A program made the translations under genes and the position numbers. The notes under the pieces are model-generated. The model was given only the letters and a program-made list of their open reading frames with translations. It did not search any database and had not been told where the DNA came from. A stretch of 53,616 bases of DNA, taken from positions 1 through 53,616 of the IMG/VR virus record IMGVR_UViG_3300042881_003221, one strand, 5' to 3'. Source of the DNA: a virus (taxonomy: Duplodnaviria; Caudoviricetes). Within the stretch, counting starts at the first letter, position 1, and every line of letters starts with the position of its first letter. This document shows, in pieces, positions 43,855 to 52,472 of this stretch.

Positions 43855-44020
43855 CGGTCTTCTCCTTCCATTCTCCGCACCACTGGCCCTGAATAACCCA
43901 GGGATGGCGCGGTTCCGCGTCGGCACCCACGACGGTCGGCGGGAACCTTCGGCACCATCCTGCGACGGCGTTCGCGCGCGCGAAAAAGCGGCAGTTTCCG
44001 CATCCTTCCTTACTCGTCAT
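43844..44020 (-). CDS. Small 4-Cys protein
   Basis: CGNCRFF..GWCRRFPP..WCGEW. Confidence 0.7.
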   Translation of the reverse strand: MTSKEGCGNCRFFARANAVAGWCRRFPPTVVGADAEPRHPWVIQGQWCGEWKEKTDDE

Positions 44021-44207
44021 CGGGCAACCCTCCATCGGACCACATGGCGCAGTCGCCCCCGTCGTCCGGCCCGCTCCACGCAATCGGCCCCTGCCGCATC
44101 ACCCACGGCAGGTGATCTTTCGGCCACTTGCACGGGCGCTTGCCCGTCGCCTGCATGTCCGGGTGTCCCCACCACTCGCAGGTGCCGCATCGGCGCTCAC
44201 TCGGCAT
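44010..44207 (-). CDS. Small 4-Cys protein
   Basis: RRCGTCEWW..CKWP..DGGDCAMW. Confidence 0.7.
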   Translation of the reverse strand: MPSERRCGTCEWWGHPDMQATGKRPCKWPKDHLPWVMRQGPIAWSGPDDGGDCAMWSDGGLPDDE

Positions 44208-44385
44208 CGGGCGATCCTCCGTCGTGCTTGGCGCAGTCGGTGCCGTCGTTCATGTGCATCACCGGGCGCGTGTAGAGCGACGCCGGCTGATGGAGTCTGG
44301 GCCACTCGCAGTATCCCATTTCGGAATGCGCCTTGGACCGTTCCCAGAAGACGCAGGTGCCGCATCTGCGGTCAGGGGCGGTCAT
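44197..44385 (-). CDS. Small 4-Cys protein
   Basis: RRCGTCVFW..CEWP..DGTDCAKH. Confidence 0.7.
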   Translation of the reverse strand: MTAPDRRCGTCVFWERSKAHSEMGYCEWPRLHQPASLYTRPVMHMNDGTDCAKHDGGSPDAE

Positions 44386-44672
44386 GGGGTGGTCTCCCAT
44401 TGCATCCACGCACTGCGCTGGAACCTAGTGTTGAACGGCGACCAAACGTCCGGCTGGCGTTCGCAGAACCGCCATTCCAGCGTATCGGGTGGCGTGTCAT
44501 AGGCAGCAACGACCGCAGCCTTGGCTGCGTCTTCGTTCTCAGCTTTTATAGCGGCACAAACTGTGTCCGCACCATCAAGGCGGGTGCCAGACACCCACCA
44601 CGGCGAGTGCAACTCAAACGCGCCGAGCGCGTCAATGTCATGATACCAGGATAGCCAATAATTGCGGGTCAT
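44382..44672 (-). CDS. Hypothetical Trp-rich protein
   Basis: YWLSW..PWWVSG..EWRFCE..WSPF..RF. Confidence 0.7.
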   Translation of the reverse strand: MTRNYWLSWYHDIDALGAFELHSPWWVSGTRLDGADTVCAAIKAENEDAAKAAVVAAYDTPPDTLEWRFCERQPDVWSPFNTRFQRSAWMQWETTP

Positions 44673-44968
44673 TCCACCACCCGCCCAGCTTCCACCGCCC
44701 TAAGGCAATCCCGCCCCGCGTCGGTCAGGCTCACCACGCACGTCCGCCGATCGCCGCAGAGGTATTCCGTCGTGACCAGTCCGGCGCCCACGAGCGTCAC
44801 CACAGCCCGCGAGATAATCGGCCGCTGTCTGCCGATCGCCTCGGCCAGCGTCTTGACCTGCCGGTTCTCCGGCTTCTTCTCCCGCCGCGCGACGAACATC
44901 ACCGCGAGTTCGATCAGCGAACGCCGGTGATGGCTGGCCAGGGCAATGATGATATTGGGAATTGACAT
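44669..44968 (-). CDS. MarR-like winged-helix regulator
   Basis: LAEAIGRQRPIISRAVVTLVGAGLV....GDRR...VSLTDAGR. Confidence 0.8.
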   Translation of the reverse strand: MSIPNIIIALASHHRRSLIELAVMFVARREKKPENRQVKTLAEAIGRQRPIISRAVVTLVGAGLVTTEYLCGDRRTCVVSLTDAGRDCLRAVEAGRVVE

Positions 44969-45000
44969 TATGGGTTCCTTCCGGGGCATCCGGTTTGGGA

Positions 45001-45028
45001 ATTATGTATGGTCCGCAATCGTTGTCAA
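45001..45028 (-). promoter_or_regulatory. Promoter for the MarR-like operon
   Basis: TTGACA(45028-45023)-N16-CATAAT(45006-45001). Confidence 0.55.
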
Positions 45029-45220
45029 TTTAATTGTTGCGCGCGCCGCTTCCAAAGCCTCGGGGCACCGCCCCCAAGCATCCAGCAGCAACATCACCAT
45101 GTGCGGGGTCGGGTGGACGCCGCGCAGCCATTTATAGACCGTCGAAGTCGTCACCCGGACGATCGCGGCGAACGTCTCGGGGGTGAGGTCGTGGCGGGAT
45201 AGGGTGTCGCGGAGGGTCAT
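45002..45220 (-). CDS. XRE-family HTH protein
   Basis: LTPETFAAIVRVTTSTVYKWLRG..P.P....LL. Confidence 0.75.
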   Translation of the reverse strand: MTLRDTLSRHDLTPETFAAIVRVTTSTVYKWLRGVHPTPHMVMLLLDAWGRCPEALEAARATIKLTTIADHT

Positions 45221-45420
45221 TCGGCGTCCGAGAACACGGTCATCACGGCGTTGTGGCTGATGCCATATTCGTCAGCGATCCCGGAGAAGGCTTCCTCTGG
45301 ATACGCGAGCGCAAGGCCGGCCCGCTCTCGTTCCATGTTTGCTGCCTTGCACCCTTCGATGGCGGCCAGCGCGGCGACTGCTTGGGCAAAAACGTATGCG
45401 GCGGCTTGTTCTTTGGTCAT
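45217..45420 (-). CDS. Hypothetical protein
   Basis: SD GGAG; MTKEQAAAY..AAN.ER...LAY.E. Confidence 0.65.
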   Translation of the reverse strand: MTKEQAAAYVFAQAVAALAAIEGCKAANMERERAGLALAYPEEAFSGIADEYGISHNAVMTVFSDAE

Positions 45421-45445
45421 ATTGGTGTCTCCATCTGTTCCAGCG

Positions 45446-45739
45446 TCATCCCGGCAACCCAAACGCCCGCATGTCCCGGCGATACGTCCCATGATCCAAC
45501 GGGTCACCCCCGATCGCGGGATACGCCCGCGCCAACGCCTCGCGGCACCGGCTGACGGTGAACGTGCTCACGTCGTGCGGCGTGTCGTCGATCGCCCAGA
45601 GCGACAGCCGATCACGCCCGCCGGTGGGACCATATCCGACCGACCCGGCTGGCATGTCGTCGCGGCCGAGGATGATGGTGCCACGCGGGCCGGTGGGGTC
45701 GGTGGTGGTTATGTCTAGGGCGCGGTAGTGGCGGAGCAT
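45446..45739 (-). CDS. Hypothetical protein
   Basis: SD GGAG before MLRHYRALD. Confidence 0.55.
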   Translation of the reverse strand: MLRHYRALDITTTDPTGPRGTIILGRDDMPAGSVGYGPTGGRDRLSLWAIDDTPHDVSTFTVSRCREALARAYPAIGGDPLDHGTYRRDMRAFGLPG

Positions 45740-45752
45740 GGTGGGTCTCCGA

Positions 45753-45965
45753 TTACCGCCGCGCCATCGCGGCAAGACGCGCCTCGGCCCGCGCCTGATT
45801 GATTGCGGTCCGAACGCGGCCGATTTCGCTCTTGTGAGCGCGGGCTGTCGCTGCGCCGTTGTCGTGATGCAGGATCACAACCGACCTGCACCATGAGGGG
45901 ATCAGGTCACCGATGCGGGTTGAAAGATCGTCCGGGAAAGCGCGGGTTTCGATGTATGCGGTCAT
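45753..45965 (-). CDS. Hypothetical protein
   Basis: SD GGAG before MTAYIETR. Confidence 0.6.
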   Translation of the reverse strand: MTAYIETRAFPDDLSTRIGDLIPSWCRSVVILHHDNGAATARAHKSEIGRVRTAINQARAEARLAAMARR

Positions 45966-46010
45966 CTGCTTCACTCCGTTGGGTGGCGGGCCGTAGCCCG
46001 CCGGGTGGGG

Positions 46011-46223
46011 TTAGATTGCAGCGATTTCCTTCAACGCCGCCTCAAAAACCCCGCCGATTTCGTTCATTTCGGCTTCCATCTTGGCAATGCGGGCCTTGGC
46101 GGCTGCAACCTTCTTCGCGATGGCGTTGTGACGCTTGGCGGCCTCATCCCGAACTGCCCAAGGATCGTCACGGATGGTCTGGCGAAGTTCGTGGGTCCCG
46201 TAGGATGCTACCGCGTATTCCAT
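46011..46223 (-). CDS. Small coiled-coil protein
   Basis: SD AAAGGA before MEYAVASY; first gene after the 46.3-kb promoter. Confidence 0.65.
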   Translation of the reverse strand: MEYAVASYGTHELRQTIRDDPWAVRDEAAKRHNAIAKKVAAAKARIAKMEAEMNEIGGVFEAALKEIAAI

Positions 46224-46270
46224 CGTCTCGTTCCTTTCTCTCGGCCCGGCCATCCCGTCCCGATGCACCC

Positions 46271-46320
46271 CTTATATTGGCGTTACGCCACACGGTCAAT
46301 AGGAAAATGGCGATACGCCA
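46271..46320 (-). promoter_or_regulatory. Strong promoter with two 13-bp palindromic operators
   Basis: TTGACC(46299-46294)-N17-TATAAG(46276-46271); TGGCGTTACGCCA (46278-46290) and TGGCGATACGCCA (46308-46320). Confidence 0.75.
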
Positions 46321-46340
46321 GGTAATTTATGCGGGGGAGG

Positions 46341-46631
46341 TCATGCCTTGTCTCCCATGTCCGCATCAATCGCCGTCGTCCACGCGTCGTGCATATCGCT
46401 GATCGTCCGGCAGTCGGGAGGCGCAGGCGGCATGAACCCGACCACGATGGCGTGCCCATGTCCGACTGGCCGGAGGTCGACCATTTCCCGAACATGCCGA
46501 AACCGCGCCGCATCCCTCGCCAGTTCCTTGATCTGGTCAGGCGTCACGGCCAGCCATAGCCGCGCCCATTCTCCGGTTTCCGTTGCCGCCTCGCATTGGG
46601 CGATCAGCGCGCGGAGGTCGTCTGTGGTCAC
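46341..46631 (-). CDS. Hypothetical (Ead/Ea22-like elements)
   Basis: LRALIAQCEAAT..AVTP....L.RDAARFR..AIDA.M. Confidence 0.6.
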   Translation of the reverse strand: MTTDDLRALIAQCEAATETGEWARLWLAVTPDQIKELARDAARFRHVREMVDLRPVGHGHAIVVGFMPPAPPDCRTISDMHDAWTTAIDADMGDKA

Positions 46632-47152
46632 GCCCCGCCTCCCTCGATCAGCGCCATGATGGCGTCAATGGTCTGGGCACAGGGGCACTTGTCGGGAGCG
46701 CAACAATCCCCCGCATTGGCTGGGCAGTCTGTGTATTTTGCCTCAGTCACAACACGCGTCACCGCCGGCCGGGCGGGTTCGGCGCGCCGTGGCACCCCGG
46801 CTAAATCCCCCGGCAATGACATCCACCCGGTCACGCCCTCATCAGGAACATCACGCCCCATCCCGACCGCCGTCACATGCCAACGCGGCGGCCCGTAATG
46901 TTCCGCGCTCGGAATGCGAACAAGAATGGACCTGTTCGGCGGGGCGGTTTCGGGTGGTTGCCACGACAACGCGGCCTCCAACGCCGTCAGGTAGACCAGC
47001 AGATCGGCGGCTTCCTCCCGCGCGTGCCGCACCAGCGCAGCCGGCGACAAAGCCGCATCCGCCAGCGTGTGACCGTATTTCTTGCGGCCCATGATCGCGC
47101 GCCCGGTGATGAACTCGGCGGCGGATCGGGCGTGGGAGCAGGGGTTGGTCAT
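46628..47152 (-). CDS. MazG-like helical domain fused to a DUF551-like domain
   Basis: GRKKYGHTL..HAREEAADLLVYL; then SWQPPETAP..VTGWMSLP. Confidence 0.6.
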   Translation of the reverse strand: MTNPCSHARSAAEFITGRAIMGRKKYGHTLADAALSPAALVRHAREEAADLLVYLTALEAALSWQPPETAPPNRSILVRIPSAEHYGPPRWHVTAVGMGRDVPDEGVTGWMSLPGDLAGVPRRAEPARPAVTRVVTEAKYTDCPANAGDCCAPDKCPCAQTIDAIMALIEGGGA

Positions 47153-47349
47153 ACCGCACCCCCTGCCGCCCGGATCATGCCGGCGGTGATGATGATGCTC
47201 GGACCACCATGCACGTTGATCGTCGACATGATCGGCGTGTCGTCTGGCAGTGGTCCGGCCGGCTCTACTGCTTTGAGGTAGGCGGCCATCGCGTCGCACA
47301 AGGTCGCCATGGCCTGAAAGTGGGTAAACGTTGCCTGAGTGCCGCTCAT
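47149..47349 (-). CDS. Hypothetical protein
   Basis: 66-aa ATGA-coupled ORF. Confidence 0.55.
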   Translation of the reverse strand: MSGTQATFTHFQAMATLCDAMAAYLKAVEPAGPLPDDTPIMSTINVHGGPSIIITAGMIRAAGGAV

Positions 47350-47774
47350 ACCATCCCCCTAACGTTCAAAATGGAAACCGCGCACCGCGTCCGCTCCGCC
47401 ATTGCCACCCGCGCCGCGACCATTTCCGCGTAGTTCGGAGGCTTGCCCGACATGATCCCCTGACGCGGGGGCGGAGCAAACGCCACTTCCTGCAACCGGA
47501 GATCGCGCCCAGCCTGGGCAAACTGATCGCTCATGGTCCGATATTCAGCGTCGGAACGATAGCGCGGGCCGGCGGCGAAGTGGTTCGCATTGCTCACTAC
47601 CGGCTCGCCACGCTTGGCGCGGATCGTGCGCGCGCGTTCCACCATTTGACTTAGCGTCACCTGCGGCTCAAAACCGTCGTTGATCCGTGCCAGCATTTCC
47701 GGCCGGGGCATGTCCGACGCGCGAAGCTCGCGGAGGAGGGCGTCGCGTTCGGGGGTCCAGTTTGATGGTCTCAT
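47346..47774 (-). CDS. GcrA-like N-terminal HTH protein
   Basis: NWTPERDALLRELRAS..EMLARIN..RARTI. Confidence 0.55.
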   Translation of the reverse strand: MRPSNWTPERDALLRELRASDMPRPEMLARINDGFEPQVTLSQMVERARTIRAKRGEPVVSNANHFAAGPRYRSDAEYRTMSDQFAQAGRDLRLQEVAFAPPPRQGIMSGKPPNYAEMVAARVAMAERTRCAVSILNVRGMV

Positions 47775-47775
47775 T

Positions 47776-48279
47776 TCAGTGCTTCCCATCCCAAAGATGC
47801 GGCCACAGCTTTCGTGAGCCGGCAGATAGTGCAGCCTTAAGCCGTTCATGGTGTTTCTCGTGTTTCGTCACAACACGGTCGCGCAAATCAACGGCCATAG
47901 ATGCTGATATCATGGCCGAGTTTGCGTTTAGCGGCACAACCGCATAAAAATTCTCGTGCAACATCGCCACAAGCGTAGCGGCGTTAACCTTGGAGCCTGA
48001 CTGGATCAGCAGCCAATCTAGCGTCGCGATCGGTCCCGGAACTCCCTTGTTGCTCTGTGGTCGGTTCGGTGCGCTCCTTGCACCGTTCCACGCAGAAACA
48101 ATTAACTTTCGGATGGTGGATGGTTTAGTCAAGCCGGCAAGGATGTAGTCGTTCACGATTTCCGACCCAAACTCATGGACCAATTGGCGAAACTCGTCTT
48201 GCATATCATCAACCCTGTCCAGTGCGCGAAGTGTCCGCCTCGGCATTGTCGGAGGGTTGTATTCCTTGGTTTCGCTCAT
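47776..48279 (-). CDS. Hypothetical protein
   Basis: 167 aa, lower GC, coupled to thyX. Confidence 0.6.
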   Translation of the reverse strand: MSETKEYNPPTMPRRTLRALDRVDDMQDEFRQLVHEFGSEIVNDYILAGLTKPSTIRKLIVSAWNGARSAPNRPQSNKGVPGPIATLDWLLIQSGSKVNAATLVAMLHENFYAVVPLNANSAMISASMAVDLRDRVVTKHEKHHERLKAALSAGSRKLWPHLWDGKH

Positions 48280-49118
48280 CCCAACGCCTCCATCATTTCC
48301 CGGTATTCCCGCTTCCCCATTCCGCTGTTCTCGGCCGTGACCGTTTCGCCAGCGATGATCCGCTTGAGCGCCGCCATGGCTTGGGCCGAGAACGTCACCG
48401 CGTTCAGCTGGTAATCATCCCAAGCCTCCGTCGCGATCGGGACCCATTGCCGGGTGATATCCAGCATCGTTTCGGCGTATTGCCGGATTTCCCATTGGGC
48501 ATGAGCGTCGGCGCGGAGGGATAGGAAGTGAAACAGGTTGTGGAGGTCGATCTTCCACACCCATTCGGTATAGGTGCCGAGTGGCAGGCTGATCCGCGCA
48601 ACCTCGCGGGATAGCCCGTGCGTGTGCAGCATGTCCTTATAATCGTCATGCGACCGGCGCGCGTCGGCGTATAGCATCCGCAGCACAGCGGCGGCATTCT
48701 CTGACGATAGAACCTCGCCTCGGCCTTGCTTGTTGGTTTCCGACTGCTTAGCCAACTGTTCCGGGCGCGGGATGTAAAATTCCTCCCGCATCTCGGAGTA
48801 GCGCGCGGATTGTTCGTTCACGTTCGCCGTGCGGTGCCTGATCCACTGGCGGGCAACAAATATCGGAAGCCGGATGTGGAATTTGATTTCCGCCATCTCG
48901 AACGGCGTCGAGTGCCGGTGGCGCATGAGGTAGCGTAGGAGGTCGCGCGTTTCGGATATCTTCCGCGCGTGCGTGGCGTTCGCATAGGACATGCGCGCGG
49001 CTTCCTCAATCGCAGCGTCATTGCCCATGTAGTCCACAATCCGGATGAAACCGAGGTTCAGGACCGGGAACGACTGGCCGAGGATGGCGTCTAGCGCGGG
49101 GGAATGGGGGCGGTTCAC
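48276..49118 (-). CDS. thyX: FAD-dependent thymidylate synthase
   Basis: HSTPFE, PIFVARQWIRHRTANVNEQSARY, REVARISLP, LRADAHAQWEIR. Confidence 0.95.
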   Translation of the reverse strand: MNRPHSPALDAILGQSFPVLNLGFIRIVDYMGNDAAIEEAARMSYANATHARKISETRDLLRYLMRHRHSTPFEMAEIKFHIRLPIFVARQWIRHRTANVNEQSARYSEMREEFYIPRPEQLAKQSETNKQGRGEVLSSENAAAVLRMLYADARRSHDDYKDMLHTHGLSREVARISLPLGTYTEWVWKIDLHNLFHFLSLRADAHAQWEIRQYAETMLDITRQWVPIATEAWDDYQLNAVTFSAQAMAALKRIIAGETVTAENSGMGKREYREMMEALG

Positions 49119-50140
49119 GCGTCACCTCCCGGCCATCCATCGTCAGCCCCACCCGTCGCGGGCGCCTGAATGCCACCCGGCAACGCCGGCCCCGCAAACG
49201 GGTCCTTCAAATCCCCCTCCGTCGCCTGCTCCTTCGCTTCGTCTTCCAGACGCTTGCGTTCCGCGTCCGCCGCAGCCGCCATGGATTTGAGGTTGTCGTG
49301 TTGGGGTAGGAGTAAGGCTTTCTGATCCTTGGACAGCGCCACGAAAAACGCCTGATACGATGCCAGACCGTTCTCGGCTTCTTCCTTGGCCTTCAAGGCC
49401 AGCGATCGAGCCTCCGCGCTGTTCGCATCCTGTCCGCCAATCCATGCGATCAACCGCCGGCCCATATCTTCGTTCATCAAGGCGCCATCGAACACGGGGC
49501 GCAGAGCGCCGGGGCACTTGCCTCCGTCCTGCTTGGCGATCGAGAATTGGCCGTCTCCGAGCATCAATGCCATGATCGTCATATCAAAGCGCAGCGACTT
49601 TTCTTGGATGGGAACGACGGGGCCGGGAGTGTAGGCTTTCCGGCCGTTCACGTTTGTTTCAATCAGCGGCTGCTTGCCACGGGAACACAGGATCAGATGT
49701 AAACCGCACCCAAGCCATTGGTTCGTCAGCTTCCCAAGCCGGCGCTTAGGCTTGGCCCACTTGGCTAGGTCGTTTTTCTCGGTGGCATTCTCGACCATAT
49801 CCAGCACGCCGCCGGCCGCGAACCATGCGTGACTGACACTATCGACAACCAAGGTCGTCACGCCAGCCGCCACAAAGTCAGACAGCGCCTCGGCATAGCG
49901 TTCGGGCGTGAATGGTGCGGTGAGGCAGCCATACATATACCCGCCGTCGATCGCGTCCACATACGCGCGGCCGCGCTCACCGCCTTCGGTGTCCAGCAAA
50001 CCCCGCTTCATCGGGTCGGGTTCAATCCCCGCCGCCAGCTTCAAGGCACTGTAAGTTTTCCCCGTTTCAGACATGCCAAACAGAGATATCAGCAGCTTCA
50101 TTCCGTTTCGCTTCACGGGCGCAATGTTCAGGATCGGCAT
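49115..50140 (-). CDS. Sak4-like AAA ATPase (single-strand annealing recombinase)
   Basis: GMSETGKTYSAL, LDTE, PFTPERY, VVDSVSHAW. Confidence 0.8.
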   Translation of the reverse strand: MPILNIAPVKRNGMKLLISLFGMSETGKTYSALKLAAGIEPDPMKRGLLDTEGGERGRAYVDAIDGGYMYGCLTAPFTPERYAEALSDFVAAGVTTLVVDSVSHAWFAAGGVLDMVENATEKNDLAKWAKPKRRLGKLTNQWLGCGLHLILCSRGKQPLIETNVNGRKAYTPGPVVPIQEKSLRFDMTIMALMLGDGQFSIAKQDGGKCPGALRPVFDGALMNEDMGRRLIAWIGGQDANSAEARSLALKAKEEAENGLASYQAFFVALSKDQKALLLPQHDNLKSMAAAADAERKRLEDEAKEQATEGDLKDPFAGPALPGGIQAPATGGADDGWPGGDA

Positions 50141-51000
50141 TAGTATTCCTCCGCCATGGCCAACCGGCCGTCAATCTGCATGTAAGCGTATGTCGGCAGT
50201 CCAACCCGCACCGCGCGCGTGTCGCTGTATCCAGGCCAATGGCCAGCATCCAGGCACTTGGCGAACAACCGCACCGCGCGTTCGTTCTCTTGCCGGCCAG
50301 CATCCAGCGCAGTCATGTCCAGTTCAGTCACTGACGTTAGAAACGGTTCCGACACTTCCTGGTTGCAGAACCAATAGTGCGCGGGTTCGGTGCCGGTGAT
50401 CGCCTTGTATCCGTCGAGATACCAAGCCGCCCGGCGGTGATATCCGAGGTTGTAGGCGTGGCGTCCGAAGTTCTCCGGGTTGGCGTTGGCGGTCGCCTTG
50501 TAGTCGCACAGATACGCCCCGCTATCCGGCGTCCAGTCCGGACGCGCGCGGCACCACACACCGGACGAATGCTGCCAGAACATGGACAGTTCCGGTTTTC
50601 CGGCGGTGAACGCGCGGCTGATGAACGGGTCCGACATGAAGGCATTGCGGGCTTGCACGATGCGGGCGTGATGCTTAGCCAGGATCGCGATCCTGCCGGC
50701 TTCGGATGCGGCCTCCCGCCGTTCCTTGGCTTCCTTCTTCCGCCAGTCGTCAAAGTCCAAGACAATCACGGTCGACTCAAACTGTTCCGGTTCAAGGAAC
50801 ATCACATGCGACACCGAACCGATCGTAAACTTGCCGTCGTCTGGGCGGGCTTCGTATGCGGGATTGAGGCGGCTGGAATTGTGGAAGCATAACGCCGGGG
50901 CCGTGAGCATGTGGTTTATCATGCCGGCGGACAGGCTCGGGGTGGGGCATGGGTCCGCGTGGTATTCGGACGCGGTGATTTCGTAGATGCCAGGTGTCAC
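50140..51000 (-). CDS. RecE/exonuclease VIII-like PD-(D/E)XK nuclease (DUF3799-like)
   Basis: EYHAD..SLSA..GS..H..FLEP..CRARPD..DYKAT..YHRRAAWYLDG. Confidence 0.85.
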   Translation of the reverse strand: MTPGIYEITASEYHADPCPTPSLSAGMINHMLTAPALCFHNSSRLNPAYEARPDDGKFTIGSVSHVMFLEPEQFESTVIVLDFDDWRKKEAKERREAASEAGRIAILAKHHARIVQARNAFMSDPFISRAFTAGKPELSMFWQHSSGVWCRARPDWTPDSGAYLCDYKATANANPENFGRHAYNLGYHRRAAWYLDGYKAITGTEPAHYWFCNQEVSEPFLTSVTELDMTALDAGRQENERAVRLFAKCLDAGHWPGYSDTRAVRVGLPTYAYMQIDGRLAMAEEY

Positions 51001-51167
51001 TTCCCATCATCCCCAGAAAGCCGCGCCTTCACGGTCAGGTAAACCACCGTCAGGCTCGGCATCTGCGCCACAACCAAGCCCCACTTGATCCCGAGAAACG
51101 CGGCATCAGCCTCGGCCTCAGACGTGGCGGCTTCCAGCCCGGCCTTGGCGCGGAGGTATTCGTTCAT
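50997..51167 (-). CDS. Small hypothetical protein (56 aa)
   Basis: MNEYLRAKAG..; SD GAGG; coupled at both ends. Confidence 0.55.
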   Translation of the reverse strand: MNEYLRAKAGLEAATSEAEADAAFLGIKWGLVVAQMPSLTVVYLTVKARLSGDDGK

Positions 51168-51559
51168 GGCCGCTGTTCCTCCCGCCGCGCCTCAATCACC
51201 AGCAGGCGCCCCATCGCCTTTTCCAGCAACTGGATGCGGCGAACCATCTCCATTTCCGGCCGGCGCGCGGACGATCCCGACCACACGTCGCGCAGTTCGG
51301 TCGCCGTGTCGGCGTTCCAGATCGCGATGACTTCGGAGCATTCCGGGACGGGGCGGGGGCGTTGGGTGGCGGCGTCTCGGATTTCGGCGGCGATGTCCGA
51401 CAGGTCCTGCACTATCTTGGGGCATTCTTGCATAATCGCATCAGTGCGGCGCCCGACTGCGACAAGGCGGGCCAGACGTTCCGCCACCTGCAAAACCCGC
51501 ACATCCAGCGACGTGGACTTGCTCGCGGTGATGCAGTCAGCGCCTCGCACCTTGCTCAT
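51164..51559 (-). CDS. Hypothetical protein
   Basis: MSKVRGADC.. within the 51164-51766 ORF. Confidence 0.5.
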   Translation of the reverse strand: MSKVRGADCITASKSTSLDVRVLQVAERLARLVAVGRRTDAIMQECPKIVQDLSDIAAEIRDAATQRPRPVPECSEVIAIWNADTATELRDVWSGSSARRPEMEMVRRIQLLEKAMGRLLVIEARREEQRP

Positions 51560-51602
51560 GTCGGTCGGCGGCAGGGTGGTGTGGGGTGGGGGAACTGGCG
51601 GG

Positions 51603-51821
51603 TCATGAGCCAATCCTTTCAATTGCATGGATGGGACATTCCCAAACATCTGGATTTGTCTTAACGCCGCGCGTGAATGTTTCCGCGAACCGCATCGCAT
51701 CGTTGATGCTGTCACATTCAACAACGGTGGATTGTTCGCGCGGGCCAACTGCCTTCCGGTCCACATCGGCGCCGCGTCCTGTTGAATACGGCATGACTGC
51801 GACCATAATTTTCCACTTCAT
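51603..51821 (-). CDS. Hypothetical protein
   Basis: 72-aa coupled ORF. Confidence 0.6.
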   Translation of the reverse strand: MKWKIMVAVMPYSTGRGADVDRKAVGPREQSTVVECDSINDAMRFAETFTRGVKTNPDVWECPIHAIERIGS

Positions 51822-52000
51822 GTCATATCCTTCTCAGCCGCTTCCAGCGCGGCGCGGAGGGTGGCGGACTCGTCTGTGGTAAGGGCGACTGACGCCAACG
51901 CTCCGGCGCTATTGATGGTTACAACCACAAGTTGGCAACCCGGCTTGACCCGTATTGCGTCGCCGTCTGCGTCTTCAATCACCCGTGGCCAGTCGCTCAC
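51818..52000 (-). CDS. Hypothetical protein
   Basis: 60-aa coupled ORF. Confidence 0.6.
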   Translation of the reverse strand: MSDWPRVIEDADGDAIRVKPGCQLVVVTINSAGALASVALTTDESATLRAALEAAEKDMT

Positions 52001-52287
52001 GTCCGATCCCCCAGCGCCCGGTCAATCAGCGCGCGCATCTGGCGCATCCACTGTTCCGTCACCTCAATTTCCAGCCCGCCGATCGTCTTCGGGCCGCAAA
52101 GCCGGTTGCGCGCCTCGGTGTGAATTTCCATCAGCGTGATCTCCAGCCGGTGCGGATGCGCGAACAGGCCCGTCGTGATCGTCGTCAGGTCGTGCTGGCA
52201 TTCAAACCAGTCAGGCGCGGGCGACTGCGGCAGGCTGTCCAGAATGCCGGTATCGTCGGCGTGGTTCGGGTGGATTGTGGCGCTCAT
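51997..52287 (-). CDS. Hypothetical protein
   Basis: MSATIHPN..; ATGA coupling. Confidence 0.55.
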   Translation of the reverse strand: MSATIHPNHADDTGILDSLPQSPAPDWFECQHDLTTITTGLFAHPHRLEITLMEIHTEARNRLCGPKTIGGLEIEVTEQWMRQMRALIDRALGDRT

Positions 52288-52472
52288 GACGCTGCCTTTC
52301 GTGCTGATTGCAGGGCCGCGATAAACCTGTCGCACTGCCTGACTGTCATTTCTGTCTGTATCGACATGCCGGGTTCGCTGATTTCAACAGTCACCCGCCG
52401 GCCGGCTCCGATGACTTCGACCTGATCGCAGGTCCCGGTCGCCATCTGCCATCGAAAGACATCGCTCTTCAC
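52284..52472 (-). CDS. Hypothetical protein
   Basis: GTG start after GGAGG. Confidence 0.55.
   Translation of the reverse strand: MKSDVFRWQMATGTCDQVEVIGAGRRVTVEISEPGMSIQTEMTVRQCDRFIAALQSARKAAS

Noticed and set aside
42899-44275. 458-aa + strand ORF
   Set aside because: Antisense to a chain of well-coupled - strand genes; Arg/Ser/Pro-rich GC shadow frame.
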